In this document: piece by piece, positions 1-11,840 of the stretch | Layout of the letters: each line of letters starts with the position of its first letter | Numbering within the stretch: the stretch's first letter is position 1 | Notes under the pieces: model-generated | Told to the model about the DNA's origin: nothing | Database searches by the model: none | The model's input: the letters and a program-made list of their open reading frames with translations, nothing else | Position numbers and translations under genes: made by a program | From: Mytilus californianus | Taxonomy: Eukaryota | Reading direction: 5' to 3' | DNA: 64,000 nucleotides | Assembly: GCF_021869535.1 (NCBI RefSeq) | Contig: NW_026262745.1 | Coordinates: 18,166,001-18,230,000, forward strand

Positions 1-351
1 CTTGTGGGCACAACCTTTAATCTTGTGCGCACAACTTTTGTAAACTTGTGCGCACTACATTTAATCTTGTGCGCACAACTTTTTATCTTGTGCGCACAAC
101 TTTTAAACTTGTGCGCACAACTTTTTTTAACTTGTGCGCACTACATTTAATCTTGTGCGCACAACTTTTAAACTTATGCGCACAACTTTTAAACTTGAAC
201 GTACGACTTTTTAAACTGTCCACAGAACTGTCAGTCATATATGTTTATAAACTTGCTTGCATGTGCCAGTTCTTTTTATAATCAAACAAGGATGGATCTG
301 ATTTTCACGTATTTCATTTTGGGAATTGAACCTAATTCGAATATTCTAGAT

Positions 352-1400
352 GTTGGCCGAAGGACCATGTGAGCTATTGTCATCAATAAACGTCCGTCGT
401 CCGCCAGTCCACCATTCACATTTTCATTTTCTCCTCTGAAACCACTTGGTCAATTCGGACCAAACTTGGTAGGAATGATCCTTGGTAAAAGGGGATTCAG
501 GTTTTTTTTTCAAATGGTGGTCAATAGGTTAATGGGGTATAAGAACTTGAGGTCCAAAGTTTAAATATAGGCTTCAAAGGGGGAAAGCTTTAAAAATCTT
601 CTTAAAAACCAGAGTTACAAGGCAGTCATATTGTCTGACACATCAGTAGGACGTGATGTTTCAAGTTTGTAAAAATGAAAGTCCATAGGGTCCGAGCAAT
701 TGGGGTCCAAAATTTAACATTGGTTTTAATTGGAAAATGCTTTCAAAATCTTGTTCTTATGAATCAACAGTAGCAATGCAGTCATATTTTGCATGAAACA
801 TTAAAAGGATATGAAGATTCAATTTTGTACAAATGAATGTGCACGGGTCCATGCGGTTCGAGCACTTAATGTCCAGAGTTTAACACAGATATACATGTAT
901 ATATATATATATAAATATTTAGAATAAGTGACGACAAGGCAGTCATATTCTGCATGAAGCATCGGAGAGACATGAATATTCATTTTGGTACAAATGAAGG
1001 TGAGGGTGTCCTTTGGATGCGAGCTCCCTAGGAGTCTAAAGTTGAATATCCATAGGCTTAAATAGGAAAAGCATTTAATATTTTCAAACTAACCAACCAT
1101 GTTTTGCATGACGCATTAATAGGACATAAAGATTCAAATTTATATAAATCAATGTCCAGTGATTTTTGGGTACCAGCATTTATGAGGACAAAGATTAACA
1201 TAGTCTTCAATGGACAACAACTTTAAAAATCTTCTTTAGAACCAAGTATGATAATGCAGTCATATCTTGAATTAAGCACAAGTAGGATATGAAGGTCTGG
1301 GATCCAAGCACTGGACGTCCGAAGATTAAAATACGCTCTAATTGGAAAAAGCTATTAAAATCCTCTCTAGAACCAGCAATGACATGACAGTTATATTTAT
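352..1400 (+). mobile_element. Helentron/HINE-like non-autonomous repeat fragment nested in the TIR element
   Basis: Starts ggccgaaggaccatgtgagctattgtcatc...cgtccgtcgtcc, followed by loosely repeated ~150-bp blocks (gcagtcatatt...gcatgaa...). This architecture is typical of bivalve HINEs; recognised by eye only. Confidence 0.45.
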
Positions 1401-1402
1401 CG

Positions 1403-1623
1403 AGTCTCTGTTTAGGGGGTGCCAGTAATCATACACTCATTGATTGTTGTGCTTTGGTAATCACTTAAAAATGAAATGTTTTCTTCGGTAATCATTAAAC
1501 CATTTTCTTCAGTAATAAAATCATCATGCAACCAATTAATCGTTAAAAATAACACATTGTGATCAAGCAATCAGCGTTAAAATGACCTGATAATCATGTA
1601 ATCAAATACCCTAACAGAGTCCC
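1403..1623. mobile_element. Small MITE
   Basis: Inverted ends gagtctctgtttagggg / ccctaacagagtccc with internal gtaatca repeats. Confidence 0.45.
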
Positions 1624-2453
1624 GTATCGTTATCAACATACAGCAAAGAATTCCTTCTTGAACTTGTTTTGCGGTGAGACCGTTGAAAGCGTCACTGTGA
1701 CTTTCAGATGAAGAACAGCAATAAAACTGCTGTTCCTTTGCTTTTGGTTTTGTCAAGTGTATGTAGAATTTTTTTGTCACGAATTTATACACCGTATTCA
1801 TTGTTTCTTATTACCCAAACAATTATTGTTCACAAACGACGACAGACCTACACATTATAATCAAGTAAATATTTGCATCAGTATAGACATTGGGGAAATT
1901 AGTGTGTAAGATATTAAAAGTTGAGGGTATTTTTTTTTAAATGATGCTCTACACATTAAAGAATTTAATGGTTCTACGTGTTTCTGGTACAATTAAACTA
2001 GGCTACGAATAAAAAAGAGTCAATTATGATCAACATAAATTTTTTTTACACACTTTCATGACTTTATAAATCTTCCATCACTTCAATACAGTCCACTTTA
2101 TTGAGTTAAATTAAAAAAAAAGGACACGGGGTAATGCCAATCCCATGTACAAACAAATCAAGGTTTCACCAATTGTGAGCGATCAAATCTTCTACTGTGT
2201 GTTCCATTACTGCAATAAAGTTCACCTGTATCTTGTTAAATGAAAAAAAGACACATGTTCATGCGAATGCCATGTACAAAAACAATCTAGTTTCCACCAG
2301 TTTTGAAAGGTCAAATCTTCTAATGTATGAATAAGTTAGTCAAAGGTGCACACCAGTTTTCACAGTAAAATTCCAAAATATAAAAAATACTTTTTGATCT
2401 GCAGACAAACATGTATCTATCAAAACTTCAATTTGGTAATTAAATGATGCCCA

Positions 2454-3150
2454 TCACCCAAATATCATCGATAAGAAACTGTTAAATTCTGTTCTAAATG
2501 AGGGATAATTTTTGCAACTGTTTGATGCTTCCAAAAGTCTCCCACAAAAAGTGTGGGCAATAAATCGTAGAGCCAGACCATCTGTTGAATCAAACTGAAT
2601 GGAAATATCTGCCTGGTCTTTCAACATTAAGTCAGACGCTGTACAAAAGCGTAACAACAATTTCAATTTGGCCTGATCTATTTCTTTAATGTATTTTCTC
2701 AAGTACTGCATGTCATCTCTATCAGCAGAAGAAATGTTTTCAGGAAAGATAAGGCTTCCCAAAACGTTTTTTTACAGTCGGTTGTAAAGTATTGTAAGCT
2801 GTTGTAATTTCGTTGGATTGATAAAGGTTCCCAAGTCCTGGACACTGGACTGAAACAGTCTGCAATGTACTTTGGTTGCTGAACTAGTTCTGTTAAAATG
2901 TGCAATTTCCTTTATGATTAAGTTAATATTGTTGTCAGGTTTTTCCACTTTCTACAAGAGTGGCTATCTAGAAAATCTGCAAGATCTTTGTCGACCTCTG
3001 CAAAGTTTTCCAAAGCTAATAACACAGCTTCATTTTCACATGGAGACATGCACTTTAAAAAGATATCCATAATATCCGATTTTACCTCACCAAACATTGC
3101 TTCTTCAAATATGACTCAGTCTGGTGCAATTAAAACATTAAAGATTTCAA
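2454..3150 (-). pseudogene. Decayed HECT E3 ubiquitin ligase C-terminal domain (G2E3-like, transposon-borne)
   Basis: Frameshifted pieces: ELVQQPKYIADCF; LLRFCTASD...AHTFCGRLLE...YPSFRTEFNSFL, matching the HECT C-lobe AHTC catalytic region. Lies between the subterminal repeats of the element. Confidence 0.75.
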
Positions 3151-4376
3151 GTTGTGCGCACGAGATTTAAAGTTGTGCGCACAATATTTAAAGATGTGCG
3201 CACAAGATTTAAAGTCGCGCGCATAAATATTTAATTTCATTTTTGGTACTTAAGGGGCTTTGTAAAGGTCTAAACGTGTTTTAGTAATTTTATAATTTCA
3301 AATAAGAAAAAAAAAAGAATGACAGAAAATGCTAAAGCCTATACATAGACATCAAACGAAAAGAGAATGTATTGATAAGATTCAAAATCAGTAAAATCAT
3401 TTTAGCCTTTCGGAAATTATGTTAATTGAATGGATTAGTGATCAGATTCACTACGATTTCACAAACATCTCGAAATTGACATATTGGATTAATTTTACAC
3501 ACTGTAACATCTTTGTTAAATACATCTTCTAACAAAATATCTTTCTGAGTAAAGCCTTAGCTCATGTCTAGATATTAATGATAATAACTCAAAATGAGGC
3601 TTTTGGGCAGATTATTTAAAATAGTGAGATTTGGTTTAATCAATTATTCACTAGAGACCAAAGGACGTGGAGCTATTGGTCACCCATACCATATACTACT
3701 CAAGCTATCAAAATCCCCGGCATGACGAAATATGAAATAATTCAGATTACAAAATCAACTGTCTAATCTATGCTAAAACAATAAACCAAACACAAATATG
3801 GCAGAAACAAACGAAACTGGGTTTGTGAGCGCTTAACCTTTCCCCTATGCTTGCACAGCGATGTAAAGGCACAGTATAAACAAAAATTTGCAAAATTCAG
3901 TTGGAATTGTTCATCAGATAGATACGAAGCTCAAACTAAAGAAAAAAAAAGACATGAAGCACCGATCAAAGTGTACTCGCAGATCTGAAAGCTGATTCTA
4001 AACCGATTACAGATAATTGATAAATATTGTCGATTACAACTAATTAATAAATATTGTCTTCCCAGACTTAAATATCTATATGATTCCACCCAACGGTTTA
4101 GTGTAAAGAATTATTCATACACAGTCTGTTTATAGTGCATGACGAATAATTCCTGAGTCCACAGCTACTACACATCCTACTAACTGATACATTATTTAAT
4201 GGTCTCGTCCACGTGGTCTCGTCATGTATAGGTATGACATATCTCCTGCTGAACATTAAGCAAACGAAATTCAGTTATTTGTAAAATATAAAAAGAAAGA
4301 TTTTTGTTTGACTTTTTACAGAATTTCAAATAGAATGTAGGTTCATTCAAGTCATAGTATGATCCATCTCTTTCAG

Positions 4377-4475
4377 GTAGATACTTATATACCCAATCCA
4401 GATGATCCAGACGAAATATATTCCAGGATAGGTGAAGTGAACGGAACACCATTTGCAGAATCATTGGTTTTTCAG
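4377..4475 (+). CDS. Candidate upstream coding exon of the HSPA12-like gene (33 aa, VDTYIPNPDDPDEIYSRIGEVNGTPFAESLVFQ)
   Basis: ctctttcag| acceptor, |gtaaaa donor, 99 nt with no stop, phase 0-0, compatible with the phase-0 exon at 5202. Confidence 0.45.
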
Positions 4476-5201
4476 GTAAAATGGCAAAAATGTAAACAAT
4501 ATGCAATTTTTTTTAGCGCTTGTATAACTGAACTTTTTAAATGTGTGGAATTGTTTTAAGAAAGAACGACGATTGTCCAGTGTCTATTTTTTTTTATTCA
4601 AAAACATCACGAACTTGTCCGTCTATAGATATTAGTCTATAAAAAAGACTAACCAGCAGACGTAATATTACCGGATCATCAAGAGTAGGCGATACTGTGC
4701 AGATGAGGAAAGAAAAAATATGAGTATTACGATTTGAGCAACGATACTAATATATTATGGTAATATACGAAGAGGATGTTATAAAATCGTGTTGACAAAT
4801 TACGTCTAAACAAATAACCTTCTTCAGTGTCAAATGTAATACAATACAAGTTGTTTATGTTCATATATTTTTTGTTTTATCATCGTGCACCAAGTAGTGC
4901 ACAGAAAATTAAAAAAAAATTGTCATAGCATAACAATTGTTGTATACTAGCTAGGTTTTAGAAGAATTAAATAACGCAGTAATCAGATTCCACAGGGGGC
5001 TCGGAAAAGGATACACCACGCCATGATCAAATGAATAACAAACAACAGTCAATGGCACGTTACACAGAAAGATAAAGCAAGAAGAACACCACTAAAAATA
5101 TCCGGAGCGTAAGTAAATCAAGTTCCACTTCTAATATTCGATATGTATGGAAACCATGTTTTAACACCACTTAATAAGTGTCTAAAATATATATTCTCCA
5201 G

Positions 5202-5501
5202 ACGCCAATAAAGAATCACATTTTGGTAGCAGCCATTGATTTTGGAACATCCTTTTCTGGATACGCCTATTCATTCCGACATGATTATGAAAGAGACAAG
5301 CTAAAAATATATACCAATATGTGGGCACATAACAGCGGACTTTCAGCAAAGGCTCCATCAGCAGTTTTGATTGGTCCAGATCGTCAAGTGAAAGCTTTTG
5401 GATATGAAGCTCACAGGAAATACAATGAATTGATAGAACGTGAAGAGGACATGGATCATCTATACTTCGAAAAGTTCAAAATGATTTTGTTTACCACGGA
5501 G
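5202..5501 (+). CDS. HSPA12A: HSPA12-like Hsp70 family protein, exon (phosphate-1 motif)
   Basis: LVAAIDFGTSFSGYAYSF and AFGYEA...YFEKFKM are HSPA12 signatures. ttctccag| acceptor, |gtataa donor, 300 nt. Confidence 0.92.
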
Positions 5502-6986
5502 GTATAAACATTTAAAATTTTTAAAAGAATTGAAAAAAAAAACACAAATTAAATTGCTTAGATCGACAACTTGTCAAGCTTTACTTTCATCGGAAACACT
5601 AAGAGGCAACGGTTTTGAAAGCAAATTAAAGATGTATGAATATATGAGAAAACAACAGTATGTATAACATAAATTAAATACATGAAAAGAAGGAGTAGTT
5701 TTCAATACCACTAGAAAGAATTATTACATATTTTTAACCAAATTTTAAATGAAGAATTATCATTCTGTTTGAAAAAATAATAAAATGGTAACGTGAAAAC
5801 ATTCAAACATACAGCTTGTTTCTTTTTCTCATTCTATATAAAGATAATAAGCAGTGGTATGAAAACTTTCTGTTCGATCAAATAAAAAAAAGTAACGCTT
5901 GAATACAAATCCAACCTGATATTAATTAATGCACAAGACAACTGCAGTTCAAGAATAAATTGATGTTTAGAATATGCATACTGTTGATTATATTTATCTA
6001 TTTACCTTTTAAATTTAACTGGTCATTTCTCATTTTACGGCAGTTTTTCATGAAATTTATATCGTTTACATACAACTAAAAATATAAATATGACAACGGA
6101 TTTTTGAGTTTGTTTCTTTGTGTAAGATGAAACACTAAAGTGTCCCAGCTAAATTAAACTCCATTTTCCTCAAGCTAGTCTACGGGCATATTGTATTCTA
6201 TATTTTCTTTAATTGTAAGGTTTTGAACACTTCCGGTACTAGAAGTAGCTACGCAAAGATCCCTTATTGTGCATATTGAAATTATTGAAAATATAAAATG
6301 GGATATTTAAGACGCAATTAATCGGAAGCAAACAAAATGGCTATGTAGCAAAACATGCATGATGATACCCGTATCATATAAACTCAAGTTATTGGACAAC
6401 ATGTGAAGCGACTACTTAAATCTGACAATTTAAGTCCTGGAACTACAAAGCAGAACATAGAAACAAATCTATAGGGAGTTTCCTTTGTGTTAAGATTACA
6501 TGAGAACTGATTAAAGAAAATTTGAGTTATCGTACGAAGTGTTGATAGACGGACGATTTGACGGACATTGATATACATTAATACAAATGAGACAACTAAC
6601 CACCAGAGTCCATATGACTGCACAACCTTCAACAATGAACAAGACCTAAACCGTATGCATTTGTCAGCTATAAAGGGCCACAACCTGACAAATGTGAAAC
6701 AATTCAAACGAGAAAACAAAGGGTTTTGATTTATGACAAAACAGTCATAGAAAAACATTTATGGCAAACAGCAATCAATGACAACCACTGAAGAACAGGC
6801 TACATATTAAAATAAGAAGATGTGGTATGCTAGCCAATGAGACGACTATCTCCCAGTGATCATCAAATGAAGAAGAAAATTATACTAATAGTTCACCGTA
6901 CAGTTATTTTCATTTTTGGTTATAAAACATGTACATTTTATCATCAGTTTTTGCTGAATTATAGTGTTATACAACAAATATTTCAG

Positions 6987-7211
6987 AATCTAAACAACAA
7001 AACTTTTATACGTGATATTTCCGGAAAGGAGATGCTTGCTATAGAGATGTTTGCTTTGGTACTTGGATACCTACGGAACCATCTAATGCAAAGACTAGAG
7101 AACCGTGATACCAATGTTATACTGGAAGAAAACATGATACAATGGGTTCTAACTGTTCCAGCAATATGGAGTGAAAAGGCAAAACAGTTTATGCGATATG
7201 CAGCGGCTAAA
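6987..7211 (+). CDS. HSPA12A: HSPA12-like, exon
   Basis: GKEMLAIEMF...IQWVLTVPAIWSEKAKQFMRYAA. tttcag| acceptor, |gtaatt donor, 225 nt, phase 0-0. Confidence 0.92.
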
Positions 7212-7490
7212 GTAATTAACTGAATTTACTTGAATTTGAGAAACTTAGCATATTTGTTTATGAACATGTGCCAAACTCTCCTAAAATACCCACAAGCTTT
7301 GTTTATCGGTAAAACATTTAAACAGTTTTGATTTTAAATGAACTTTCAAAATTAACTTAAGCTAAAAAATGTTCATGATTGCTAATAAGTTAATGTAACT
7401 CTGATATATAATGAACACATAAATAAAAGACTGAGTGTACATTTTGTATAAATACATATTAAACTTACAGTGACTGTACATGAATTTCAG

Positions 7491-7647
7491 GGTGGTATTC
7501 CGAGTAAACACCTAATTCTCGCCTTGGAACCGGAAGGTGCATCATTATACTGTATATATCTACCACAATGCATCACCACGCAAGGAAAACAAATGAATGA
7601 AAACGCCTTAGAAAATGGAACAAAGTACATAGTGTTGGACATTGGAG
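7491..7647 (+). CDS. HSPA12A: HSPA12-like, exon
   Basis: GIPSKHLILALEPEGASLYC...KYIVLDIG. tttcag| acceptor, G|gtagtt phase-1 donor. Confidence 0.92.
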
Positions 7648-9455
7648 GTAGTTTTATTATAATTCAGAAATAAATAATTATGTAAAAATACAGGCCAATA
7701 AGATATTAAAATGTTAATTTCTCTATTAAAATTTTAGTGTTCATACTATTCTGAACTAGAAATTTCCATATAAAATAACAGCAGAAACGATTTAGAATCA
7801 AATTTCGAAGTATCGAAGTCACACAATAATGTTTTGGGTCAGTTGTATATTAAAATTGTAGGAGTTTTATCGACCCCAGTTAATATCTTCTATTTAATCG
7901 AAACTTGTATTCGAGTGGGGGGATTGTCGGGCAAATGGATTTTTATATTCATATTTCTAGTATTCATTTCATATCTGTATATCTTAATTTTTAGTATTGT
8001 TTCTGGTAGATAATTAAATATACATAAATGTTTGGTTTTACGAATAAACTCAATTTATTAGTCCTCATTTTTATTTTACTTAATACATCTTTGTCTACTT
8101 TCATTTGCACACCGTTTGTAAAACAGAATCAATCGTAATCGTTAACTAGACAGCACGTATAGATCAGTCTGTGTATTTAAGCAGATATAAGAACAAAACA
8201 TTACCATCAACCTTCTTGTACCTCTTACTTTTATTTATGGTAATTCATCGACGCAAATGCTGTAACGATATGTTGCCGTCATAGAAATGCTTTATGTCAT
8301 ATATATTCAGTACAACATAACAATATGTTGTTGTAATACACGTGTTATTAATTGTGTTTGTGTCTTTGCTATTCATAAAACACTTACCTGTATTGATTTG
8401 TATTGCTTGTTCCATGTATCTTTTGTTCGTCCGGAAATAATAATTCAAAAGATTTTTTGATTGATTTCTGTCTGCTCAACAACAGCACATATTCCACGAG
8501 AGCTCTAGACTAGAATTATTCAAAACTAATTCAATAAAATTGAGAATGGAAATGGGGAATATGTCAAAGAGACAACAACCCGACCAAAGAGCAGACAACA
8601 GCCGAAGGCCACCAATAGTTTGGTTTTGCAAAGTGTGTCGACCAGGATAAATATCAAAAGATTTACAATGCCTTTTAAAACTGAAAGTGTTGTGGATCGA
8701 AGCAATTATTCGTTACTTGAGACAGGTCACCTACGGACCCCTAAATCAGGTGTTGCAATAACATTCGCGGTACCAATTACATATGTATGCTACATATTTT
8801 GCGCATTTTGACGACTAATGTCTCTCTAGTAATGCTGTTATCCTAAATCTAATACAACTTTGGAGTTATTTAATGCCCCTGTCCCGACTGGACGAGGGTG
8901 CATGTTTATACATCCCTAACAGCCATCAGGACGATCTTTTTTGGCAGCAATGGTTTACTACCTTGATCCTAGATTAGTGACCTAAAAATGAATCAAGGAC
9001 TTCCTCTCAACGTATGTGACTATTTATCCAAGTCAGATAGCATCTGGAAACCACTTTTCTTCAGTCCACTATGGACCATTTTTTTAAGTAAAGTTTCAAT
9101 CCCCTATGAAACATTTGATTTTGCATTTGGAAACCACTTTTCTGCACAAAAAGCGGTCAATTTATAGTAATAATGACAATGAACTTTATTATTGCCACCT
9201 CATTGACTCAATATCATTACGTATCTTCCTGGTATGCGTGATCATACATGTAGGTAAGGTTGCAATCCGATAAAGTTTTGGAGTTAGTATCCGGAAACGA
9301 AATGACGGACGGGTCAAACACTATACCCCTGGCTTCTTCATAGTGTGGGATATAATTAAAAACCTTCTTATATTAGAGAACTGAAAATGATTTAAAAAAA
9401 TAGCAGACAGAATATTCGGAAAACACGAAAGAAAGAATCTAATTTTATGTTTCAG

Positions 9456-10630
9456 GCGGGACTGTTGATGTAACAGCTCATGAAATACAAAGAGATGGAA
9501 CTCTCCAAGAACTATATCAAGCAACAGGTGGTTGCTGGGGTGGTTCAACCATAGATCTGGAGTTTCAGGGTTTGTTATGCACGATATTTGGATCCGATGT
9601 CATTTCTAAAATAAATGATGAACATCCAAATGAAATGATAGATATACTGCTCGATTTTGAAATGATAAAGAGAAGCTATGAACCTGGAGTAACTTCTCAT
9701 ATCAGTATTAAATGTCCTTCGTGTTTATTTGAGGTTTATGAAAAGATACATGGTGTCAGCATCAGGGAAGATGTAAACAATACCTGTACAGGTGAAAAGG
9801 TGAAATTTGTTAGAGATAAGCTACTTATATATGCGGATACGTATGAAGGATTCTATACTAAAACTTTGAATAAACTTGTCAATCATCTTAGACAACTCTT
9901 ACATTTAGACACATTGTCAGACATATCAACATTACTTCTTGTAGGGGGGTTTGCTGAATCAAAAGTGATAAAAGACAGCATCGTTACAAACTTCCCCCTA
10001 CTTCGTGTTATAAATCCAGACGATTGTTCCTTGGCAGTGTTAAAAGGTGCTGTGTTGTATGGTCACGACCAAAAGGCGATTCGATCCAGAATTTGCAAAT
10101 GTTCCTACGGAATTGGAACTCACGCCAACTTTAAGGAAGGAATCCACCCGGAAACAAAGAAGCATATTGTTAATGGTATAGAGATATGTGATGATATTTT
10201 TGATATTCACATGAACTTGGGAGAAAGAGTTGAAATAGGTCAACCCAGGTTAGAAAAAATCTACCATCGGCGCGTTCGTCCTGATTCTTCAAATACAGCC
10301 TCTCTGTATGTCTATGCATCCACTTCTAAATCTCCCATGTTTGTTACCGACGACTCTTGTAATGTGTTAGGCTGTTTGTTCATTGAGCTTTCTGGGGTTA
10401 AAGATAAAAATGTACAAAGTGAGCTTTCTTGGGATAAAGATACAAAAGTACAAAGTGAGCTTTCTGGGGATAAGGATAAAAAAGTACAAAGTGCGCTTTC
10501 TGGGGATACAGATACAGCAGTACAAAGCGTGCTCGTCAGTTTTCATTACGTTGGTACAGAACTAGGGGTGATTGTTCGAGTGGCGAAGACCGGGATAGTC
10601 TTGGGAGCAAAATTCGACTTTCTTTGTTAA
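9456..10630 (+). CDS. HSPA12A: HSPA12-like, terminal exon
   Basis: tttcag|gc completes DIGGGTVD. Then ATGGCWGGSTID, LLVGGFAES, LAVLKGAVLYG, in frame with ORF 9572-10630, TAA stop. The four firm exons give ~618 aa. Confidence 0.93.
10384..10527 (+). repeat. Coding minisatellite, 4 x 36 bp (12-aa ELSGDKDKKVQS-type unit) in the HSPA12 C-terminus
   Basis: tgagctttctgggg...gtacaaag units start at 10384, 10420, 10456 and 10492. Confidence 0.9.
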
Positions 10631-10699
10631 AATTCCAGAGTTGAACTTGGAAAAAATAATTTAGGGCGTTTAGCAGTGTCAATATATAAGCACAACTTG

Positions 10700-11005
10700 G
10701 ATAAACAAAATAATAATATACGTTATCGCTATTTTACGAATTTTTCCTTTGATCTTGCTGACTGATAATTTCCGTTCTCAGCGGAGTCGAGTGATATGAA
10801 AACGGAGTCGAGTGATATGAAAATTATCGCTAGAAACTAAGGGAACACGTGCCGTTGTCGAGGAAATTAACAACGTCTTCATATGTAAAATACCGATAAA
10901 CAGATTATCATTGGTCATCTCAACTCGATTGCTTTTCTCACTTTCGCCGTACCGGCTCATGCGAGAAAATCAATCTCGTTGAGATAACCAACGATAATCT
11001 ATAAT
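10700..11005. mobile_element. Crypton-like non-autonomous element with long terminal hairpin
   Basis: Imperfect ~38-bp stem agattatcattggtcatctcaac...gttgagataaccaacgataatct (10902-11000), plus a 21-bp direct duplication cggagtcgagtgatatgaaaa. Family call is inference. Confidence 0.5.
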
Positions 11006-11454
11006 TATAAAAACAATTGTGTAGATATTGATATTTTGTTCATGTAATTGTCAGATTTATATAAAAAGAACACACCACTTTAAGAATTATTTGGGTAAGG
11101 AAGTTGATAATTTCTTTGCTAAAATGAAAAAAAAAAAAAAAAAAAAATGGCCATAATTCTAAAAAATTAAATATATGCTAAAAAAATATGCAATAGTTCA
11201 TGACATAAAATCCCTACATACTCTTGACAAAACCCATACTAAAGTAAAGTGCTTCATTACTGTCCTTTGTGTCAAAGTCACAATAAGGTATACATATTTA
11301 TTACATCTTCTTTTTTAATATTTACAAAACAGAACAAGAGCCATCACGGTCCTGTTATTCAATTCTTAGCAAATGTATGTATTGGTTTCTTTTCTGTTTT
11401 AACAGAGTTTTTTTGTTGAAGTCCCCCAAAGAGTGACAGAGGAATCGAAATTTG

Positions 11455-11840
11455 CTCACTTTGGTCTTCTTCCGATCGACAGTAAAACCCTTGCCAAAGT
11501 TGGGCGTCCGTTTGGCTGTGGGAGATGTACAAGTACGCAGACAGAATTATGATCTGCTACTTCGTGAAGAGAGAGAGTGCCATGCTCTCTGTACGTTGAA
11601 AATCCTTGCAACAAAACGTTAAGGGGTCCGTAGGTGGCCTGTTTCATGGCAAAATTTCTATCCCTATCCAATATATCCTCATTTTCCAGTGGCAGTCAAA
11701 ATTTCTCCAACCTCCATCCCGGAAGGCCTCTATACATGTAACAGTACCTACCTATTGTATATATTGTTAGTTCGTTCTCGTCCTGAACATGCATGAAATA
11801 TTTGCCATTGGACGTGAAGCAACTAACAATTAATCAATCA
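11455..11840 (+). mobile_element. SINE-like repeat with (AATC)n tail
   Basis: gggcgtccgtttggctg core and 3' end catgcatgaaatatttgccattggacgtgaagcaac...aatcaatcaa. Related copy at ~49065-49470; 3' ends also at ~26600-26670 and ~27095-27155. Confidence 0.6.

Larger units (their letters stand above)
1..3264. mobile_element. Non-autonomous DNA transposon (IS3EU-like terminus) with subterminal GTGCGCAC repeats; left end lies outside the window
   Basis: About 9 tandem ~20-22 bp units (aacttgtgcgcacaactttt) at 1-200. The same motif is inverted at ~3143-3225 (aagttgtgcgcac...), followed by ...taaggggctttgta ending at 3264 (RTA end). Superfamily assignment is inference. Confidence 0.6.

Noticed and set aside
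1-200. CRISPR-like short repeat array
   Set aside because: The units are contiguous with no unique spacers, the context is eukaryotic, and an inverted counterpart at ~3143-3225 marks them as transposon subterminal repeats. ORF 48-281 is a by-product.
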